Source: Tubiluchus corallicola (taxonomy: Eukaryota; Animalia; Priapulida). Taken from it: a DNA stretch of 16,038 bases. The notes below the pieces were generated by a model, which worked only from the letters and a program-made list of their open reading frames with translations, searched no databases and had not been told where the DNA came from. The stretch covers positions 1 through 16,038 of the forward strand of contig JAQGDQ010002068.1 in the NCBI GenBank assembly GCA_030141605.1, read 5' to 3'. Positions 9,742-16,038 of this stretch are shown here, piece by piece; within the stretch, counting starts at the first letter, position 1; each line of letters opens with the position of its first letter. The position numbers and the translations under genes were made by a program.

Positions 9742-9835
9742 TAGCAGGATCTTGCTTGGGAACAAGAAAAAATGAACTATGTAATGTTCTAGCTGTTAAA
9801 CTGTTACTATTACAACAGCTTGGGCAGCGAGGCAT
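9742..9835 (-). pseudogene. Possible THAP zinc-finger N-terminal fragment (first exon or decayed remnant)
   Basis: ATG-initiated MPRCPSCCNSNSLTARTLHSSFFLVPKQDPA followed by GTAAAT. It resembles the THAP start M-x2-C-x2-4-C-N...SFFxFPK. The W and CxxHF half was not found. Confidence 0.3.
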
Positions 9836-10197
9836 TGTCAAGCATACACAAATGTGTTGCCTGGTACACATAACCTTTGACCTTTTTACGATCGTCATCA
9901 ATCACTGGAATTGTGGAAAGTCGCTCGAGTTCAGGTTGCTTAGGCAAATGACATGAAGATAATGTTATTAGAGCAAGTCTGTGTTATCTCACATTAGCAG
10001 CCACCTAGCATGCTTTAAAAACAATGAATTTTTAATGAGATTTCTGACAAAGATAAAACCGCGCTAATGACTGCTAAGTAGAAATTAAAGGCCGTTTATG
10101 CTGAAGTGAATAAAACGTTTGTAAGCAAAATGGCTGCTAAAATGAAACACGAATCAGTTGCAGAGTTTACGGTGTGTATTTGCAAGTTTTTCTATTA

Positions 10198-10466
10198 TCC
10201 ATTTATTCATTCATTCATTTATTCACTCATTCATTCATTCATTCATTCATTCATTCATTCATTCATTCATTCATTCATTCATTCATTCATTCATTCATTT
10301 ATTCATTCATTCATTTATTCATTCATTCTTTCATTCATTCATTCATTCATTCATTCATTCATTCATCCATCCATTCATCCATCCATTTATTTATTTATTC
10401 ATTCATTCTTTCATTCATTCATTCATTCATTCATTCATTCATTCATCCATCCATTCATCCATCCAT

Positions 10467-10501
<35 letters not shown>

Positions 10502-10551
10502 TTCTTTAATTCATTCATTCATTCATTCATTCATTCATTCATTGATTCATT
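10198..10551. repeat. (TTCA)n/(TCCA)n/(TTTA)n compound microsatellite
   Basis: Directly visible. Reverse-complement orientation to the 8.6-9.1 kb tract. Confidence 0.96.
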
Positions 10552-10554
10552 GTT

Positions 10555-11146
10555 TTACCATAGTTTCCAGTGCATGTGATCGCGTATCCACTCAGCTATG
10601 AAACCCGCCCAATGCAAAATGCCGAAACATATACGTGTATCGTATGAAATTCTATTACCATAGTTTCCAGCGCATGTGATCACGTATCCACTCAGCTATG
10701 AAACTCGTCAGGTGTGAAAAATTTCTACCTGTAAAATTCCGATGCACATACATGTACCGTATGAAATTGTTTCACAATAGTTTCTAGTACATGTGATCGC
10801 GTATCCACTTAGCTATGAAACCCGCCAAATGCAAAATGCCGAAGCATATACGTGTACCGTATGAAATTCGACGACCATAGTTTCCAATACATGTGATCGC
10901 GTATCCACTCAGCTATGAAACCCGCCAAATGCAAAATGCCGAAGCATATACGTGTACCGTATGAAATTCGACGACCATAGTTTCCAATACATGTGATCGC
11001 GTATCCACTCAGCTATGAAACCCGTGAAATGCAAAATGCCGAAGAATATACATGTACCGTATGAAATTCTATTACCATAGTTTCCAGTGCATGTGATCGC
11101 GTATCCACTCAGTTATGAAACCCGCCAAGTTCAAAATGCCGAAGCA
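10555..11146. repeat. 100-bp tandem repeat, about 6 copies, with one 117-bp variant unit
   Basis: TAGTTTC(C/T)A anchor at 10561, 10661, 10778, 10878, 10978 and 11078. Confidence 0.95.
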
Positions 11147-11227
11147 CCACCGTAATTTTCGATGCTCTATTTCCGTTTCCTCCTGTATTATAGCATCAAT
11201 CTAAAGTAATTATACGTCACTGGAGTG

Positions 11228-11345
11228 TCATTTCCTATAATTAACCCTTGAAGATTCAATCTCGGCGTGAATCAGACGCAGCAATTTGCGTTCCTCAGCT
11301 TCCTCATCCTCTCTGATGATAATGAATCTCAGCATCTCAGACTTG
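11228..11345 (-). CDS. Candidate terminal coding exon of an unidentified minus-strand gene
   Basis: Pyrimidine-rich acceptor ttttgctccccgtttccgatcag, then (S)KSEMLRFIIIREDEEAEERKLLRLIHAEIESSRVNYRK-TGA. An in-frame stop lies upstream inside the predicted intron. Phase 2 matches the next exon up. Confidence 0.5.
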
Positions 11346-11533
11346 CTGATCGGAAACGGGGAGCAAAATTGATAAAACTCGCGTGTCGCTTATCGTTAAA
11401 CAAAACGAGTTTTAACGAGCGAGGATGCGGATGCAGGAGCAGCGTGCAGCAGCTTCCGTTTTGGATGCTAATTGCTGTTTAGCGGAGCGCGATGTAAGAA
11501 ATACTGAATGGTTTGATCATTACAGATCATTAC

Positions 11534-11567
11534 CTGTGTAGATAATGATCTTTGATGACGTGGGCAC
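11534..11567 (-). CDS. Candidate 34-nt internal exon of the same gene
   Basis: Acceptor tctcttcttgcag and donor CAG|gtaatg. Frame xAHVIKDHYLH plus AG joins the 11345 exon in frame across a 188-nt GT-AG intron. Confidence 0.5.
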
Positions 11568-11664
11568 CTGCAAGAAGAGAGGTGGCTAATTCTCGAGTAG
11601 ATTTAGGGAAGCTGAATTAGCACTGACGAGGCTGCTGCCAACAGTGGCGATGACATAAACGCCA

Positions 11665-12358
11665 GTACCAACTCAACCACCACCAACACCACTACCAACT
11701 CAACCACCACCAACAACACCACTACCACCTCAACCACCACCAACAACACCAACACCACTACCAACTCAACCATCACCAACACCACTACCACCTCAACCAC
11801 CACCAACAACACCAACACCACTACCAACTCAACCACCACCAACAACAACACCATCACCACTACCAACTCAACCACCAACAACAACACCAACACCACTACC
11901 AACTCAACCACCACCAACAACAACACCAACACCACTACCAACTCAACCACCAGAAAACAACAACACCAACACCACTACCAACTCAACCACCACCAACAAC
12001 AACACCAACACCACTACCAACTCAACCACCACCAACAACAACACCATCACCACTACCAACTCAACCACCACCAACAACACCAACACCACTACCAACTCAA
12101 CCACCAACAACAACAACACCAACACCACTACCAACTCAACCACCACCAACAACACCAACACCACTACCAACTCAACCACCACCAACAACACCAACACCAC
12201 TACCAACTCAACCTCCACCAACAACAACACCAACACAACTACCAACTCAACCACCAACAACAACACCAACACCACTACCAACTCAACCACCACCAACAAC
12301 ACCAACACCAGTACTGCTAGCATCAGCACCAACACCAATAGCACCACCACCACCACCG
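11665..12358. repeat. ACC/AAC-based minisatellite, variable unit of about 30-42 bp, core ACCACTACCAACTCAACCACC
   Basis: Core recurs through the tract with varying AAC/ACC counts. The plus strand is almost devoid of G. Confidence 0.93.
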
Positions 12359-12662
12359 TCGGTAATCAAAGTGAAATAAAATCAATCTGAACTGAAAAGA
12401 ATCTTGTCTTCCTAGTAACAAGTTACACTTCTCAGCGTGAAAAATAATCCACAAAGGACGAATTAATGCAATTTTCTGTGTAACGAATGATTTGATGAAC
12501 TAAATCTTGATAAATTGGTCCCGGCAAATTACTGAAATCACACCACCGTCATCATCCAAGATTTGTGTTTTTTCATTGTCCAGCAAAAGAGAGTTAAAAT
12601 AACCGTTACTTAGTTAATGGCGAAGGAAGGGTGTTTCAAAAAGTTTTCCATACATAGTTATA

Positions 12663-12911
12663 TTATGTTATGTTATGTTATGTTATGTTATGTTATGTCA
12701 TGTCATGTTATGTTATGTTATGTCATGTTATGTTATGTTATGTCATGTTATGTTATGTCATGTTATGTCATGTTATGTTATGTTATGTCATGTTATGTTA
12801 TGTTATGTTATGTCATGTTATGTCATGTCATGTCATGTCATGTCATGTCATGTCATGTCATGTCATGTCATGTCATGTCATGTTATGTCATATCATATCA
12901 TATCATATTAT
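12663..12911. repeat. Pentanucleotide microsatellite grading (TGTTA)n to (TGTCA)n to (TATCA)n
   Basis: Directly visible. Confidence 0.96.
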
Positions 12912-13035
12912 ATTACTTTGGATTACACGTACCCGTTTGAAAGACTCGCGTAATTGAAAAAGAAAAATTTTAGTAGGTTAAAATGGTAAAACGCCACTGT
13001 TTTACCATCCCAGTGTGCACCACTGGTTCACACAT

Positions 13036-14708
13036 ACATGTGTGCTACGAATGATTTGATTATTTTACTTTAAAATTTTACATAGTTAGTAACATTTGTG
13101 CTACGAATGATTTGATTATTTTACTTTAAAATTTTACTTAGTTAGTAACATTTGTGCTACGAATGATTTGATTATTTTACTTTAAAATTCTACTTAGTTA
13201 GTAACATTTGTGCTACGAATGATTTGATTATTTTACTTTAAAATTCTACTTAGTTAGTAACATGTGTGCTACGAATGATTTGATTATTTTACTTTAAAAT
13301 TCTACTTAGTTAGTAACATGTGTGCTACGAATGGTTTGATTATTTTACTTTGAAATTCTACTTAGTTAGTAACATTTGTGCTGCGAATGATTTGATTATT
13401 TTACTTTAAAATTTTACTTAGTTAGTAACATTTGTGCTACGAATGATTTGATTATTTTACTTTAAAATTCTACTTAGTTAGTAACATTTGTGCTACGAAT
13501 GATTTGATTATTTTACTTTAAAATTCTACTTAGTTAGTAACATTTGTGCTACGAATGATTTGATTATTTTACTTTAAAATTCTACTTAGTTAGTAACATT
13601 TGTGCTACGAATGATTTGATTATTTTACTTTAAAATTCTACTTAGTTAGTAACATTTGTGCTACGAATGATTTGATTATTTTACTTTAAAATTCTACTTA
13701 GTTAGTAACATTTGTGCTACGAATGATTTGATTATTTTACTTTAAAATTCTACTTAGTTAGTAACATTTGTGCTACGAATGATTTGATTATTTTACTTTA
13801 AAATTCTACTTAGTTAGTAACATTTGTGCTACGAATGATTTGATTATTTTACTTTAAAATTCTACTTAGTTAGTAACATTTGTGCTACGAATGATTTGAT
13901 TATTTTACTTTAAAATTCTACTTAGTTAGTAACATTTGTGCTACGAATGATTTGATTATTTTACTTTAAAATTCTACTTAGTTAGTAACATTTGTGCTAC
14001 GAATGATTTGATTATTTTACTTTAAAATTCTACTTAGTTAGTAACATTTGTGCTACGAATGATTTGATTATTTTACTTTAAAATTCTACTTAGTTAGTAA
14101 CATTTGTGCTACGAATGATTTGATTATTTTACTTTAAAATTCTACTTAGTTAGTAACATTTGTGCTACGAATGATTTGATTATTTTACTTTAAAATTCTA
14201 CTTAGTTAGTAACATTTGTGCTACGAATGATTTGATTATTTTACTTTAAAATTCTACTTAGTTAGTAACATTTGTGCTACGAATGATTTGATTATTTTAC
14301 TTTAAAATTCTACTTAGTTAGTAACATTTGTGCTACGAATGATTTGATTATTTTACTTTAAAATTCTACTTAGTTAGTAACATTTGTGCTACGAATGATT
14401 TGATTATTTTACTTTAAAATTCTACTTAGTTAGTAACATTTGTGCTACGAATGATTTAATTATTTTACTTTAAAATTCTACTTAGTTAGTAACATTTGTG
14501 CTACGAATGATTTGATTATTTTACTTTAAAATTTTACTTAGTTAGTAACATTTGTGCTAAGAATGATTTGATTATTTTACTTTAAAATTTTACTTAGTTA
14601 GTAACATTTGTGCTACGAATGATTTGATTATTTTACTTTAAAATTCTACTTGGTTAGTAACATTTGTGCTAAGAATGATTTGATTATTTCACTTTAATAT
14701 TTTACTTA
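13036..14708. repeat. 56-bp AT-rich satellite, about 30 copies
   Basis: Consensus TGTGCTACGAATGATTTGATTATTTTACTTTAAAATTCTACTTAGTTAGTAACATT. Register holds at 13041, 13321, 13601, 13881, 14161, 14441 and 14665. Confidence 0.98.
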
Positions 14709-15289
14709 TTTTTTAAACTTTACACAACATTGTCCAAACATGTTTCAAACGACTTGTCATTAAAACAGCTGCACCTGACGGTCATTTCGGAGTTTAAATT
14801 TACAAGTTTATATACGGTTACTGCTAAGGCACGCCCTGCATGCAATTAGGCGGCATGTAAGTTATATTAACGTGTTTCTGTATGCGTTGTTTATTTAAAT
14901 TTGTGATTTGTTAATTGTACGTTTGTTTACGTTTGCAAAATAAAGCGTTTATTATCATTATAAAATTTCAAGAGAAATTAAGCTTTGTCCGAAAAAGTGT
15001 TGTCTTGTCCTTTAACAAAAACTCAACAAAAAAATTGAAGCTTGAAAAACATAAAATCGTATAAAACAGCGAAGATGCAATAATCTGCCTCTGGGATTCA
15101 ATACTAATAGCATTAGAGGTTTGAATCTCTTGTAATAAAACTGGCTTCCCCATTGTAAATTATGTCTAAGCAAACATGAAGCTATTGATTCATTTTTCCT
15201 CTTGTAACTAAAGGCTGTGAGATTTAGAAATACTTTGGAGGTAATTAAACTAATTAGGCGTAATTAGCAGGTGATTACGTTGTGTAAGC

Positions 15290-15932
15290 CTGCTGCTGTT
15301 TTCTACTCTTTCTGCTGCTGCTGCTGTTGCTGTTGCTACTGCTGCTGCTGTTGCTGCTGCTACTGTTTGCTACTCTTGCTGCTGCTGCTGCTATTGTTGC
15401 TGTTGTTGTTGTTGTTGCTGCTGCTGCTGCTGTTTTCTACTCTTTGTGCTGCTGCTGCTGCTGCTACTACTGCTACTGCTGCTGCTGCTGCTGTTACTGT
15501 TGCTACTGCTGCTGCTGCTGCTGCTGTTACTGTTGCTACTGTTGCTGCTGCTGCTGCTGCTGTTGCTACTGTTGCTGCTGCTGCTGTTGCTGTTGCTACT
15601 GCTGCTGCTGCTGCTGTTACTGTTGCTACTGCAGCTGCTGCTGTTGTTGCTGTTGCTACTGCTACTGCTGTTGCTGTTGCGTTGCTGTTGTTGTTGTTGT
15701 TGTTGCTGCTGTTGCTGCTGCTGTTTTCTACTGTTTCTGCTGCTGTTGTTGCTCTTGCTGTTGCTGTTGCGTTGTTGCTCCTGTTGCTGTTGCTGCTGCT
15801 GTTTTCTACTCTTTCTGCTGCTGCTGCTGCTGTTGTTGTTTTTGTTGTTGTTGTTGTTGTTGTTGTTGTTTTTGTTGTTGTTGTCGTCGTCGTCGTCGTT
15901 GTCATCACCGTTGCTGTCACTGTCGTTATCAT
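15290..15932. repeat. Compound trinucleotide tract (CTG/TTG/CTA/GTC)n with a recurring GTTTTCTACT spacer
   Basis: Spacer at 15298, 15432, 15723 and 15801. Explains the poly-Q/A/L/T ORFs on both strands. Confidence 0.93.
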
Positions 15933-16038
15933 TGTTCCTATTGTATGAGCTCATCACATACAATCATACAAGTTATAACAAACTCTCTTATTCCCATTTA
16001 TTCTTCATGCCTCGGGAATCTAATTTACTGCAGACCAA

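Noticed and set aside
11241-11250. TTAACCCTT piggyBac-like left end
   Set aside because: No matching right end was found, and it lies inside the candidate terminal exon.
11603-12957. Poly-V/L and CYVML/CHVMS ORFs
   Set aside because: Antisense of the ACC/AAC minisatellite and translations of a pentanucleotide repeat.
15271-15963. Poly-Q, poly-A/T (antifreeze-like) or poly-L proteins
   Set aside because: Trinucleotide tract open on both strands in several frames, with no unique coding flank or convincing splice sites.

Overview
Repeat-rich, AT-rich eukaryotic (probably invertebrate animal) genomic DNA, not prokaryotic. The one well-supported coding region is an intronless type II membrane protein of the GT11 / alpha-1,2-fucosyltransferase fold (579-1697, +). 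Its donor-binding motifs are degenerate and it ends in -SKL. Directly upstream is a 104-bp tandem array whose unit reads as a complete 39-nt exon plus 65-nt GT-AG intron. Two phase-compatible candidate exons of an unidentified minus-strand gene lie at 11534-11567 and 11228-11345, and a THAP-like N-terminal fragment lies at 9742-9835 (-). The rest is at least six tandem arrays (104, 78, 113, 64, 100 and 56 bp units), several compound microsatellites, fragments of probable non-autonomous elements, and close matches to NRF1, CTCF, ZNF143 and USF/CLEAR motifs. A run of exactly 100 A (8818-8917) is probably a converted scaffold gap. No CRISPR array, RNA gene or intact transposase is visible. Almost all long ORFs in the track are artefacts of simple repeats. 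All motif and family calls were made by eye.
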